A stretch of DNA of 63,592 nt, the filler included, from Choristocarpus tenellus KU-1152 (Eukaryota > Protista > Phaeophyceae), in NCBI GenBank assembly GCA_964200185.2. It is 9 parts of 9 records of this genome, joined end to end, with 100 filler letters (N's around TTAATTAATTAA, not from the genome) between each part and the next. Parts side by side here need not be neighbours in the genome. Positions count along the whole stretch, not along the records: positions 38,405 to 41,937 come from CAXNAD020019404.1; positions 42,038 to 48,701 come from CAXNAD020007616.1; positions 48,802 to 51,711 come from CAXNAD020023720.1; positions 51,812 to 59,552 come from CAXNAD020005652.1; 5 more parts are not named here. One strand, 5' to 3'. The notes beneath the pieces were generated by a model, which saw only the letters and a program-made list of their open reading frames with translations, was not told the origin of the DNA and ran no database searches. Within the stretch, counting starts at the first letter, position 1; the number at the start of each line of letters is the position of its first letter. Shown here one piece after another: positions 41,206-54,900 of this stretch. Position numbers and translations under genes: made by a program.

Positions 41206-41937
41206 TCAAAGAGGATAAAGGTGATAGACCCAGCGAGATTGCTTGGTGTCTGTAGAGGGATTGATCAAGATTAAGTGGGGCATGCAGTACCCCATACAAA
41301 TCAGAAATTTTTCCTTTTATATGAGAAACATTCTCATACAACTAATCACTAGTAAAAGGTAAGGTCCTGATAACTCAAAACCACTAATTGATTGTTCCAT
41401 TACCCCATACATATTTTACCGTAACTGTCCGATAGAGTTGGAAGAGTCTAATCGAACACCCTCCCTAGCTCAAANNNNNNNNNNACTTACAAGAAAACAA
41501 TTATGGATCCTAGGAGACTCCTCAGGTCAATCCTGTATGACAAGAGAACAACCAGCTATATTGAACTCACTGAAAAGGAAAAAATCCAAACAAACACAAT
41601 CAAATTCAGCAAGAAACAGACCACCACTAAACATAGTCTAAATTTAGCAAAGCCCCTGCATGCCTCCAAAAAGATATTTCTGCTGAAGGCCTTGGTCAAG
41701 ATATCTGCATATTGTTCATCTGAGCTAACATGAACATCCTTATTTGTCCAATTACTACCAAGTCCCTCAGGAAATGATGCCGTATGTCAATATGCTTTGT
41801 TCTTCCCGAACTCAAACGGTTGTTTGCCAAATGGATGGCTCATGTGTTATCCTCATACACTACATAACACGACCCAGTCCTATCAGGTTGCAAGAACTCC
41901 TACACACCTCGCAATAACAACAACTCCTTCACACAAT

Positions 41938-42037
41938 NNNNNNNNNNNNNNNNNNNNNNNNNNNNNNNNNNNNNNNNNNNNTTAATTAATTAANNNNNNN
42001 NNNNNNNNNNNNNNNNNNNNNNNNNNNNNNNNNNNNN
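41938..42037. other. Artificial contig linker
   Basis: N44-TTAATTAATTAA-N44. Confidence 0.97.
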
Positions 42038-43043
42038 ACAATACTGAGCATGTACACCATTTCATTGGTATACATGTTGCTTCAGACATACCCACACCTC
42101 CTTTGGTTCAGAAGGGAAACAAAATTACGGACAAAGAGCGCAAGATGTTACAGTAAAGGAGATGGCATGAATATTTGAACGTAAGCATTTAGGGGGATCA
42201 AGACTCATAAGGCATATTCAGGGGATTCAGATCTTTTATTGCTTGGGTCGTTTTATCTCAGTGGTCCTGGTAATACAAAATATAGAAGATCACCAATCAC
42301 AACAGTGCAGAGAGTGTACTGGGTACCCTGACAACTGTATAGAGGGCAAAATCATGATATTCCAGAAAATATTTCCTTCAGATCTCCCATATTCCATGAC
42401 CACACAATAATTAAATGTTGTACATCATATGTTTCCCTCTTCTTCCACTTCCCCCCTCACTATCTCCCTCCTCCTTGCATTGGCAATGGAAGACTATCAT
42501 TGAAAGCACTGGATCTGGAAGAAAAGGGAGGTTCCGCAGGAAAGACACCATCTGCTTCAGTGCAGATATTGTGTCTGCGAAGGGCGGCTCTATTCTCTCT
42601 TGCGGAATGTTACATCCAAAGGTTTTCCATAAGATAGGATCTTCTTTGTTGCAGTGGTATGGTGCTCTTTTCCTTCCTTGATTTCCTGATCACTTGATTG
42701 TTGACCTTTCATCATATCCTGGCCAGAACAAGAGAGAGCTCTACCCCCTGCCATCTCTATGAGATGTCTTGCACTGAGTATGATGAAAGTAGTAAGCTTT
42801 ATTACACGCGGGCAAAAATTTAAAGCTTGGGGTAGAGTTTGTTCTAATCCCTGAAGGCTTATGTTTGCTCGTGGAAAAGAGGGCGTTTGTCCCTCAAATG
42901 AGCACATCACTCCTTGGGCTTGACGTGTAATTGACTCATACACTAACAAATGTTTAATGTACGAAAGCTCAGCTTCAACAGTGCAATCTTGGATTATTGT
43001 TGATGCTCAAGGTTTTCTGAAATTTGTTGTGGCATTTGATAGG

Positions 43044-43303
43044 GAGTGAAAGTATCTTAGAGGGTACGAGTTTTGCCCTGTTTGTCCATTTGGGGCTTAG
43101 CTTCCCATGGAGTTTTTTTTATGATATTTTCCTACCCCAAAATGTTTCGGAGTAGGTAAAACATGTACGTTCTGAAAAGATGTGTCCAGAACATGGATAT
43201 TGACCCTTCCTAACCAACACGATACCAAAATTACATCAAAATCGCAACATTGGATTTTGACCCCCAATTGGACGCGGCTCTACCCTCTACGATACTTTGG
43301 CTC
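43044..43303 (+). mobile_element. MITE family A copy with TAGG TSD
   Basis: TAGG|GAGTGAAAGTATCTTAGAGGG...GATACTTTGGCTC|TAGG. Confidence 0.93.
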
Positions 43304-43634
43304 TAGGCGTTGGTGGTGTTCTTTGTGCGGTTTCTAGGACTATTGAGTGCTTTCTTTCTTTTTGGGGAGTGGCTGTCAAAGGGTATATTACTCTCTGCCC
43401 CTGGCTTTTATTGACATACGATGGAAAGGTAGCAAAGAAAGATGGTACATCACTAGTCAGAGGATATTCTCCTTTCCTGCTGGGTTTCGTGGTTATCTTA
43501 ATGAGCTTCGCTGGGTGGTGGGTTGAGTGGACAACCTCTACACTTCTCAGCAAGCTTTCGTATTGTTGTTCGGCGTGCAGCTTGTGCACTAATCCATCTC
43601 ATTTTTGCTATTAATTTATTTCATTCTGTGGCAG

Positions 43635-46600
43635 TGGAGAACACCATGCTGCAGCTAAGTGCGCAATTCAATTGGAAGAGGAGAGTCCTGAGGGCAGCAT
43701 CCCATTGTTGGGCAAGGTCAAAATACTCTACGTTAAGTGCAAGGCAAGTTGTAATGAATCCCAGCCAAATGGAAATGAATGAGAATTCTTGGAGATCTCT
43801 TATTCTTGCTCTTCTTCCTGTTATTGTGAGATAGTGGAGTTGTATATTGGGTGGGGTAGGTTGGGGTGTTATGTGACCTTGCCTTCTTGAAGTTGACTCA
43901 ATACAGTCAAGAATTGATTAGAAAGACAAGTGTACACACGGGACTAGTCAGTATTCAACATGCACCACCAATAGCGTGAGTAGTATATTTAATCCGTTAT
44001 CACTACCTTGTGCATATGTTGATACAGATTTGATTGGTCCCTTTCCTATTAAATACTTCATCATACTTTCCTTCAAGTGTGCCTTCATTGGTTTCTGGTA
44101 TCCAAATTTTGAATCACGTCATTGTATTGCTGTTTGAGTAGGTTGCCTGGGAAGCAGGTGACCTTGAAGCGGCATATAAGGCCTCCCATGGCATGGTTGA
44201 AAGTAGTTCAGGACCGGGGAACTCTGACTTCCTCAGCTTGGAGCTTGCTGTGGCAAAAGCGCTGGCATCCAGGGACGACTACAGTGATCGTAGTCTGGAA
44301 CTCTACTCAAAAATTGCATCAAAGTAAGTGTGAGAGATCCAAAGTATCTTAGAGGGTAGGGCCGCGTCCATTTGGGGGTCAAAATCCAATGTTGTGAATT
44401 TAATGTAATTTTGACTATCGTGTTAGTTAATAAGTGTCAATATCCTTGTTCCGGATACACCTTTTCAAAACATATACATTTTACCTACTCCAAACCTTTT
44501 TTGGAGTAGGAAAATGTCACCAAGAACCCATGGGAAGCCAAGCCGTACCCTCTAAGATACTTTCGCTCAGAGATTGAGCAGAGAACTCGTTGCCCAACAC
44601 ATATTTCAGCAAACTCAGTAGTCTTCAAGATATAAATTGAATGAACAGAAAAGTACTGCTACTGCAAACCCGTAACGTCCAACCCATCCTTCCTCCTTCC
44701 CCCCCCTCTTCCCTTGCATATTAACAGGCAGAGTGATTGGAGATACTATTGTTCAGTAGTTAGCCCGCTGCAAGTGCACAATGATGCAGTTAAACCATTC
44801 TCTGTTCCTCACTCTCAAGACTATAGGATTGTATGTCCCAAGCCTTTCTGCCCATGCTTGTTAAGTGCAAATACTAAAATCTCTTCAGATCAAAGAATTC
44901 CAGTGGTGTTGTCAAATCACTGTAGCACTTCGACATCATAGTACTCATGTTGTTGGTCAACATCGTCTCTCTTGCATGTTAAAAATGTAATGGATAAATC
45001 AGAACCCCTGCCAGAAGAAATCTCCAAACTATCCTTACCCATAGAACGAAACCTCTGTTTCTGTTTATCAGTAGTACAACGGGGCTTTGAGCAAAGGTAA
45101 CGTGTTTCAACCCCCTTTCATTTGGCCTTAGAATATTTCTTGATTTTCCTCATTATGATGCGTATTGCTTATAGCTTTGGCTGGAGTTTGTACTACTGGT
45201 GTTTACCAATTCCAGTACTTGTTGATCTGTCCTGTCTCACCAAAATGACACTCTAACAAGAAAGCTACAAGTATCAGAAGTGTAGACCACTAAGTTGCAA
45301 TGCTTTTCATTTTGCATAGATATTTTGGCGTGTTAAGCTGTGAAGCAAGAGCTCAATACAATAAGCATGCACTGGATTTGTTTTGTGAATTTTTAATCCC
45401 AAATAGAAAACCATTTGTAGAGCAGTGATTGGAACTACAAAGGCTTTGAAGAAAATACAAGAAATTTTTACAATTTCATCATCAGTAAAACTTCATCCTT
45501 GTTGACACCAACTGGAAATATGCAAGGTGAGTAAAGCTAAGATCTCCAAGAATTTGCACCTACTTCACTCTCTGGCTCGGACATCATCCCTCACGCACAG
45601 CCAAACCAATACCTTGAGTGTTACTCTCTCGTTCTCCTACCTTTGCTTGCATACCTGCTGCCAATCAACGTTCAATATTGCTTGTTGAGCAGACATCAGG
45701 ATGGAAAAAACAGCAGCATAGAAGCCCGCCTGGCTCTGCTGAGCAGTCTAGGCACTGCAACAAGGTTGCGAGGGGAAATTCACGATCTATCTAATAGAAA
45801 AAAAGATAATTTTGGACACCATGGTGATAGGGGAGGGGATCACGTTGCAACTACGTTAGAGAATATAGTTGCAGCAGCTGCTCAGGGAGAGGGAGGAGGG
45901 CCAATTTTGAGGGTAGCAGAGCTTGCCGATGAAATCATTCAAGATCATGTGAGGGCCTTGGGGAGGAAGGAAGGATCCTCCCAGGGAATGATGACACCTA
46001 ACCAGGTGATGTACTCTAAGGCATTGCAACCCAAAATGTTATGAATGGGCCATTAATTGCAGTTTATGCCCTTCAGACAACATAATATTGCCTGGAAGAG
46101 CCGGATGGGACTGAGCGAACACACAACTCCACCCTCTTCTTCTCTTCTTCTACTTTTCTAGACATCTCGATGATCCCTTGATCACTTCATGTTCCTCACG
46201 ATTGCTTTGAAACAATGATGAACCTTGGGAGCGAATTTCCAAATAGTTGGTGCATCTACACTCAGATTCCCGTGCTGCTGATCTATCCATTGAATTAGCG
46301 TTGCTCTATGAGTTCGTGTCATACTGTCATTGTGCAGGGAAAACAATATCCGCCCCCTCTTATGTTTGGATGTATTTTAATGTGAATCATTGGCCCTGTC
46401 AAAGTTGCAAACTCTTGTTCACACTTCAATATTTGATATTTGAGTTTCTGTCTAAATTATAAATGCTAAGGTAGTTCACTATAGTTTTGCAGAGTAACAC
46501 TATTTGTAATGACAGCTAGTTGCTTCCACTCTGTTGCCGACACTATCTCTTATGTGTAGTGTGGCTCCTACAACTCCCACTTCCTCCTCCCTAATTCTCC

Positions 46601-48421
46601 CACTTGAAATGTCTACCCACCCACCACCCACACGCATATGCCAAACAGGATAGATGCTTGATTTGATTTTTTTCTCAAAAACTGATAACCAACTGAAGGA
46701 AACGTTGACCAAGGACAATTACCACAGTACTCTCTGTTCTTTGTTGTCAAACGCTGGGCACTTCTAGCAACCATTTACCAAGCAAATTACATAAAATAGA
46801 ATGGACCCCACCAGCTCCCATCTATGTATATTATGGTTTGCTCCATCCTCAGGATTTACAAAGACATCTAGCTCTACATCAGTACTTCCCACAGCACTGT
46901 GTGCTTGAGGTTGAGAATGTTCACATGGTTCTCTTTTCTGCAGTATTTACGGTAATAATAGCCTATAAATTTGAACAACTTTGACCAATACCACACGAAC
47001 GTGAGCCCCTTCCGCCTGTAATCCTTCTCTTGACATAAATCTTTAATACATGAATAAGAAAAAATCAAGTTTAACTTTTGCAGTGTAGGAATACTCCACA
47101 GTATTGAACATTGCCCAAGTCTTGTAGTCTGTTGTTGTTCTTTGAGGAAACTCTCCGCCATTCTGTTGTGCACTGTGACTTGGGAAACAAAGTTCTAGAA
47201 ATTAATGAACCAATATCTATTTTCAGTTTTGAAGAAGCACTCAAGTCAATAGACATCTTCCGACTGCTAGTGACAAGGGCATCAGTGCAGATCGCTTGCC
47301 AACAACCAAAATTGCACTGCAACATTCCTGTATGTCTTTCCTACTAAAACCTTATGCCACCAAAAATTGTGTTGGGTGCTTGGCACTCAATATTAGAAGA
47401 AAAACACATTTCATACTACCACTCCAGTATTACTACAACTCCACCAATAAAGAAAATAACTTGGTGGTTTCCCTTTACCTTCGCGTGGATTGTTTACGAC
47501 ATATATCTGGTGCAGACTTCAAATGATGACCAGCTGTGGAGCAGAGTAGAAAGTATCCTGTGAAGGGCAAGGAAAGGGCAGAAACCTGGATTTTTTTTTG
47601 CTCAACGTCAATCTCTCTTGTTTCCAAGTCCTATTCACATCAACTGTAAAAACTTTGTAGGTGAAGGAGGTACAAAAGATCTTTGGGTCACTCATAACCT
47701 TTAATGAGGACCTTGGAAATTGGGCAGAGTGTGCTGCATGGTGTTCGAGGACCATTTTGACCATATCTACCTCAAGACCAGGAAGCCAGGTTGGAGAGGG
47801 TCATAGGATGGAGGACAAAGGTGGTGAAACGAGTGTGGGTGTGGATGGTGGAGACAGCACCCTGCTGACCAGACTGCTGACGCTAAAAGGTTGGCCTTCC
47901 ACTGGGTGCATATGACAAGATCAGCTTAATGATATTCTCAGTTGTTGGATTCGAGAGAAAAATGTACCAAGGGTTAGAGCTGCAGGACGGAGATAATACA
48001 GACCCCTGCAGCACAGAGTGTTTCTGGGGTGTTGAGGGATAAGGAACGAATATAATAGTGAGAAACTCCCATACCCACCTCACCCCTAATGTCCCTTTTC
48101 TTTGAGTTCCATTTTAATCGTACCTATACCCAGCAGCACACAACCAAATTGGAAAGAAGAAAATGTTTATAACTGTCTAAATGCTGACACATCCATGCAA
48201 CATAATCCTGGGCGCAGAGGTTCATCCCATTCTCTCTATCCTGCCCTGATGATCAACTATTATAATATGATCCCCAACCCCCCATGCACATACACTCATG
48301 TTTGCCCATAACCTCACTCCCTCAAGGCAAAATGGAGTGCCTTCTTGGGGATTGGGCCTCAAGTCGGCAGTCACTGGACAAGGCACTTTGGCTGAGTCCT
48401 GGAGACCGCTGCACTCGTGAG
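43635..48421 (+). CDS. TPR-like helical-repeat protein (internal exons)
   Basis: Phase-compatible exons 43635-43743 (GC donor), 44142-44323, 45693-46005, 47661-47889, 48327-48421; KVKILYVKCKVAWEAGDLEAAYKA, LGNWAECAAWCSRTI and LLTLKGKMECLLGDWASSRQSLDKALWLSPG are TPR-like helix pairs. Confidence 0.7.
44336..44568 (-). mobile_element. MITE family A copy, 12 nt downstream of a splice donor
   Basis: Family A match with a small internal deletion. Confidence 0.88.
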
Positions 48422-48701
48422 GTAGGCCCGTCAGCAATATACATTCTGTTAGTTCGTTTGACAGGAACGAGGGGGCAGGCCCACTTGTTACAGAAAAAAC
48501 TAATTTCTACAGGTTGAAGGAGTATAGTCTTCGTAGAATCAAGGTTGCCTGTACTGCAGAAAGTTATCTCTGCCATGGCTGACCTTACTATCCAGACGGT
48601 GATACTCATACGACCCGTAGTATCTTAGAGGGGGGGGGTGTTTAGCCCGGGTTGTGTACCCAGGGCTTGATTGGGTTTGTAAGAAACCTCTGTTTGATTC
48701 T

Positions 48702-48801
48702 NNNNNNNNNNNNNNNNNNNNNNNNNNNNNNNNNNNNNNNNNNNNTTAATTAATTAANNNNNNNNNNNNNNNNNNNNNNNNNNNNNNNNNNNNNNNNNNN
48801 N
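48702..48801. other. Artificial contig linker
   Basis: N44-TTAATTAATTAA-N44. Confidence 0.97.
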
Positions 48802-49137
48802 CCCAAGCAGAGGGGGCGACCATACAACTCCAAAACACTATGCTTAATGGAATCAATTCCTATCCATTCGTATACTAGAAACAAATGCGGGTTAAGACCA
48901 TCTCCCATATGTACGTTTTGTTTGCTGTTTGGTTTTGCTTTTTGGTGAAAACTGAATGGGAAAAAGAGAGCTGAGAAAAATGCGAGTGAAGACATTCATA
49001 CAGTAGATATCATTTCGACTATACCGACGCCTTTAATTGTACAAACAAGACTTCCCAATATCACCATCACACCACTCCACTGTAACATCTAACCCTCGAA
49101 AGCCAATACCGATACAAGATTCTTCGGATACTGAATC

Positions 49138-50777
49138 ATGGCTTATCAGGATGCGGTCACCGGCATAGACTTCGAGCTGAATGCTGCAGTGTCATGGGTA
49201 CTAAAGAGATTGAAGAAAACGTGCGGTTCAAAGATGACAGCTGCTCATTTGAAGTCGTACCAAGCGATTTCCATCGCCTATGCGGCGAAGTCTGTGAAGG
49301 AATGCGAAAGCACAGTTTCACGGGATTCGAGACATGCCTTGGCAACACAATCATACATGGAAGTGGTGGTCCCTGAATTCTTTGAGTGGTTAGGAGAGGG
49401 AGCCCCAGACTTGACCCCCCCGACTCTTATGAAGGAAGTGTTGGAGCAGACAAAGTTGGGAACTGGGAAGAAGACCATTCCGAAGACATTCTAAAGTGTG
49501 AACGCTTCGATATGGTCCAGGTGGACTAAGGCGCAGAAGATTGTCACCAATGTGCACATCCCCCTCTGGCTGACGTGAGTATGACATTAGATGTTGCCTG
49601 AACTCCTGCTGCAATGCAGTTCACTTTCGTAGGTAACACACCTGAAATCCATAATCACAACACTCAATGGGGAGTATCTTAACATATACACATCCAACAC
49701 TTTTCTTGCTTCCCAGTCTTGTTCCCGGAGGAAAGTTCCGATCTGGGGAGCAGGAGACGGATTGTCTGCAGAACCTGTGCGACCTGTTGTGAGAAGAACA
49801 GGAGAAATTGAGGATTACTGGGAGTACCATCGACCTTGGGAGGGGGGAGGACGAAGGCAAATCTCCAGTGGCGACTGAGTCTAATGTTGTGGGGTCTGAT
49901 TCAGGAGGTCCCACTTCCAGTCCTGCCAGCGCCACCCCAGAAAGGTCCAGCGACGAACTACCCTCTCCTGGATAAGGGGGGAGACCTTTGCCCCAGGTTT
50001 CCCCTCTTCCCCCCCATAAAAAAAAATGCCAGATGGTTGGGTCCCTCCATATCTTCTCCTGTTTGCAGTGAATGGGCCCCGTCCAATGATGTCCTCCAAG
50101 ACTTTGACATGAGTATTAGTGAGGGACCGCCACAAGAAGGGTCCACATCCTGTGACTTTAGCAAGAATGGGGGTCAGTAGAGTCATCTTCAACGCAGGGT
50201 GTGGAGGCAATGAGGAGGTTCAGGCTAGCAGCAAATCCAGGATCGAGGAGTCGACACCAGTTATGGAGGGCTCTTGAAGTTTGAAGCAGAGTCAAGGAAA
50301 AAAAGTAGGATGGACGACCATATTATTATTGCCCTCGTATCCACATTGGATGATGCGTCTAGAGACAGTAGGAGACATACGTAAATGATGGCAGAAAAGG
50401 CTACTGCTACGGGAGATAGGAAGAAAAGGATGGAAGAAAAGGTTACTGTCAGGGAAGATAGGCGCAAATTTGACGGAATGCTCAAGACTGCTAAGCAAGC
50501 TTGGCGCACTTTTGAGAAGAGTGGTGATACTGTTCGGGCAGAGTCCTGTAGGAAATGGTATGAGCAACTGGTGGCAGTGAGGCTGGATGAGAATATCGGT
50601 GGTGCTGGGGTGATGTTGGGAAGTGGTGGGATAGTGGTGAAGGGGGGTTCAGGGGATTTGAAGCCAGATAGTGGCGAAGGGGAGGTTGACTTGGGGGCTT
50701 TGGGGACAAGCAGTGCGAAGGGGTGGTTGACTTGCGGAAATTGGGGACAGGCAGCAGTAGTGGGAGTGGGGAGATAG
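49138..50777 (+). pseudogene. Disrupted intronless ORF, possibly a transposon accessory (Myb/SANT or NAM-associated-like) gene
   Basis: ORF pieces 49138-49494 and 50385-50777 plus intervening frames (PGGKFRSGEQETDCLQNL) with stops; charged C-terminus; family assignment is weak inference. Confidence 0.3.
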
Positions 50778-50781
50778 ACTT

Positions 50782-51014
50782 GAGCCAAAGTATCTTAGAG
50801 GGTCGGAACGCGTCCATTTGGGAGCCAAAATTGGCTATCGTGTTTATTAGGAAGTGTCAATATCCTTGTTCTGGACACACCTTTCCATAACGTACACATT
50901 TTACCTATTTCGAAACATTTCGGAATAGGAAAAAATTATTTAAAAAACTGTCGGATGCCAAGCCCCAAATGGACAAACAGGGCAAAACTAGTACCCTCTA
51001 AGATACTTTCACTC
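50782..51014 (-). mobile_element. MITE family A copy with ACTT TSD
   Basis: ACTT|GAGCCAAAGTATCTTAGAGGG...TACTTTCACTC|ACTT. Confidence 0.93.
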
Positions 51015-51711
51015 ACTTGGGGAATAAGTTGTGACAACACAGCTGTCAGTGTAGAGCTCAGTAGTCTTTTACAGCGGTGCCATGCACGTAGATGTACCAT
51101 CATCACACTGGACGGCATTTGCGAATCTTTGCTTAAATTTGAGGTAATTTGGTATTTTATGGAATTTTTTTTTGTGTAGTAAAGTCCTCTTGACCTTCTG
51201 ATATATAACCAAACAAAGCTGTCAACCCTGACCTTGTATCATGACCTCGAGCAAGATTAAAGTAACGATGGTGATCCCAGCGCTCCTCAGAAGGTTGGTT
51301 AGGGTATAATATTATCTACTACTCAGAACAAAGTGAGCTGCTCTTGTCCATGAGGACAATCTTTACTTAAATACATTGTCAACAACCAGTGGCAATTAAT
51401 TCTTCCTTTTGACTGTTGACTCTCAATCACTCTCTACATTGCGCTGATAAATTACTCTTTGTCCTGTATTACGTCTTCCTACCTCTTCTTGTATTATGTA
51501 CTTTACAGAAGTCAACTACCAATTGTACCGTTCACTATCACGTAGTGTCAATAGCGCAAAATGCAAAACACTGTTCGACAAGCAAGATCCCATCATCAGG
51601 ACCTCATCCAAATAACCTCTCCGTTTTCTTCCTTGTACTTGTGGTGTGTTGTGAGCTTATTCCTAAGCTCATCAAATCCCATCTCCCTCTCCACGTGCTC
51701 TTCAGACCCCC

Positions 51712-51811
51712 NNNNNNNNNNNNNNNNNNNNNNNNNNNNNNNNNNNNNNNNNNNNTTAATTAATTAANNNNNNNNNNNNNNNNNNNNNNNNNNNNNNNNN
51801 NNNNNNNNNNN
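51712..51811. other. Artificial contig linker
   Basis: N44-TTAATTAATTAA-N44. Confidence 0.97.
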
Positions 51812-51875
51812 TATCACAACATTGTATTTTGACCCCCAAATGGACGCGGCTCTACCCTCTAAGATACTTTGACTC
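51812..51875 (+). mobile_element. MITE family A right end (cut by contig start)
   Basis: CCCCCAAATGGACGCGGCTCTACCCTCTAAGATACTTTGACTC. Confidence 0.88.
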
Positions 51876-51926
51876 ATTACTACTCTTGCAACTGTTGCAA
51901 CTGTTACAACTGTTACAACTACGCAG

Positions 51927-54900
51927 ATGGAAGGTCTACGGTTCTCTGTTCAGAGTTTGGATGGTATGCTATATGAAGACCAGGAATGGGGATATGAAAG
52001 GATCGGTGACAAGGGGCAAGAAATTGACATCCAGGATATGATGGAAGGGGAATTGATTGATGGAGATGTTGGGGAGGGAGGAGGAGAGCAAGAGCTCCAT
52101 GGTGTGCAACCAGACCGGATACAAGAACTGTCTTCACTGTTGAGGAGGATCAAGGCAGCTATTCGAGACGCGGATAGAGTCCTTCCGGAGGCAGAGGTAT
52201 GGAACCAGAGAGTTTTTGATAGGTGCTGGAGCGCTAATCAAGGACATACCATACTTTCAAGGATTTTGTAATCTCATCCACTGCTGCTTGTCCTTGGCAA
52301 TAGTCGTGTAATTCATTCAGCACTACTCTGCAGAACCTCATACCTGTGCTTGAAGTCACCTGTTAGGATTATCGCCCTGCCAGTGAATTCCAGTGCACCG
52401 TAGACAGACCCTTCCCTTTCGAGACCATCTGCAAAAAGCAATTATGGGAAGAATATTGGAATTGATTTTCATGTCCACGGTTGAGACACTGCTACTGCAT
52501 GCAGCAAGAAACACAGGGGGATACGCACACAGGGGGATACGCATGCAAAGAGATGCAATTCCTGCGCACGTTCGTCAAAGACCACCTTCGTAGGTGTTGT
52601 TTGTGGAAATTGATGTATCCGTCCAACCAATGCTTGACTAGAGAAGGTGGAAAAGGCAGCTGTTGAAGTAGCGCGTGAAGCCGCTGGGACAGCCTTGCGT
52701 ACCAAGAACACAACGTCGGATGCAGCACGACAAGCATTAGGTGGCCTTGGTGACAGGGTTCACCTTGAGATTCTTGGAGGGAAAGGGAGTACGACCGTGA
52801 AAGGAACACCAATCTGGGTGACCATCCTTGTAGGTGTGCAGAGGTGAGTTCTCTTGTCCAGTACAACTCGTAGGTCTTGCAGCTGGGCGCCAGGCGCAAA
52901 AGGGTACAGATAAAATGACCGCCTTCCACATATTTATAAAAGGTATCACAATTCTGTTTGCTTGTCTTTCCGTTGTGTATATCAATGAGCAGCATGATGA
53001 ACATTGAGACTTACTTGTGAAAGGTTGATTCAGCCTTCTAATGCACTATCTAAACCCAGGTGGGGGGTGCATCTGCATAAGTATTTCGGACCAGGCTATG
53101 GGATTGAGACCCAGATGAAGTATAGGTTAGGGTGGCTGCACATCTCGGAAGCAAGTGGTTGTGGTAGTGTTAGTAAGAAGGAGGAGAAGATCAACGCTGG
53201 TGTACAACTGCCCAAAAAATACCAATGGAGACTCTTTGGACACAGCAGCAGAACAGATCTGCCAAGTGAGGTAGGGGAGTAACAGGATCGGCATCTATTG
53301 TCCCTGATTGTGGGGCCTGGTGTGATCCTAGTGACTGTTTCCTACTGATCCATAATTTTCTTGTTTGTTAGAAATTTTTTGAAAGTTGATTTTAGCTGCG
53401 AAAAGATTTTGTTGCGTGACACCTGAATTCTTGTCCTCCTACAAAATTATCAACCGATATCGACTAATTAATTTTTATTGAGCTCACTATCAGCAGATAG
53501 ATTGTTGGACAATTTTTCGTACCAAGTGTAGCATTGCCGCTTGCTGGGTATTGGGAGTAAACGTTGGACTACATGCGAGAGAAGTTTGAAGAATTATTAT
53601 TATTATTATTATGTTCTTATTCCACCTTGTGTCAACTTCAATACATATTATTCTTGCGTATAGTTTCTTGTGAAAAATCGTTGATTTAAAAAAGGACCAA
53701 CCTACAGAGTCGAAGTATATCAGGGTTAGGGCAGAACCGCGTGCGTCCGTTTGGGGCCCAAAATCCAATGTTGCGATATTGATTTAATTTTGGCTATCGT
53801 GTTTGTTAGGAAGTGTCCATATCCTTCCTCCGGACACACCTTCTCTTAACGTATACACTTTACCTACTCTGAACTATTTTGGAGTAGAAAAAAAGTCATA
53901 ATAAAAAACCCGTGGGAAGCCAAGCCCCAAACGGAAAAACCGGGCGAGACTTGGACCCTCTAAGATACTTTCACTCTATACTTGTTCTGGACACACTTTT
54001 TCATAACGTATACATTTCATATACTCCAACACATTTTGGAGTAGGTAGAATGTCATAAAAACACCCGTGGGAAGTCAAGCCCCAAACAGACAAACAGGGC
54101 AAAACTTGTACCCTAACCCTAAGATACTTTCACTCACACTCTTCCCAGGAAAAAATGAGAAAAAAAAACAGATGAGTATCTCTCATAAAAAAAAATCAAA
54201 TTATTTCTGATCTTTTGAACAGGGTACAGGAACCAACGTGGAGGGGTGGGTGGGTACCATAACGTGCAACTACATTGAAGCACACTCTCTCGTCAGTCAT
54301 CACAACCAAGGTAAGGAGGGTGCATGCCAACAGTCAGAGGTTCTGTTATTATTTGAGCATTTTCTGTCTCCATACAGGGTGGATGGGATACCGGTCCTGT
54401 GACTGGGTTGTGCCTCGGAACATTTTCAGTAGTGAAATAGTGTTATGTAGTAGGTAATAGGTGCATGGAACCGGCTCTAGGGTAGTTGCTACTTTTGAAG
54501 TAGCATGTCACTTTGCATGTAACTCGATAGGTCTGTGGCCATTTCTTGCATGTATCATGTCATTCTGGTGTTCTAAATGATGAAGTCAGAGAGGGTGCAT
54601 CCCAATGGAAGGGGAGAGTGTGTTACTTGATGGTGTGTTATTTGGTGGGATGCCATGCCTTTACCCAGTGTGTTGTACCTCTCTACCACAAGGCACAGAT
54701 CCATCACCCAGTGAGAGGGTGTTGTATCAAGGGTAGTATGCACTACATCATCACCCTGCAAGGACTGTCAGGCTACTAATAGATGGCTTGTGCAGCAAAG
54801 GTCAAATTCACAGACTCTGTTTTCTAGACCCCCACAACTAAGAAACAATTTGTAAGGATTTGTCTGGCCTATTGGTGATATGTCATCTAGCCGAACCACT

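Noticed and set aside
53124-53134. AGGTTAGGG inside a predicted exon
   Set aside because: A single unit encoding R-L-G, expected by chance; not counted as a telomeric insertion.
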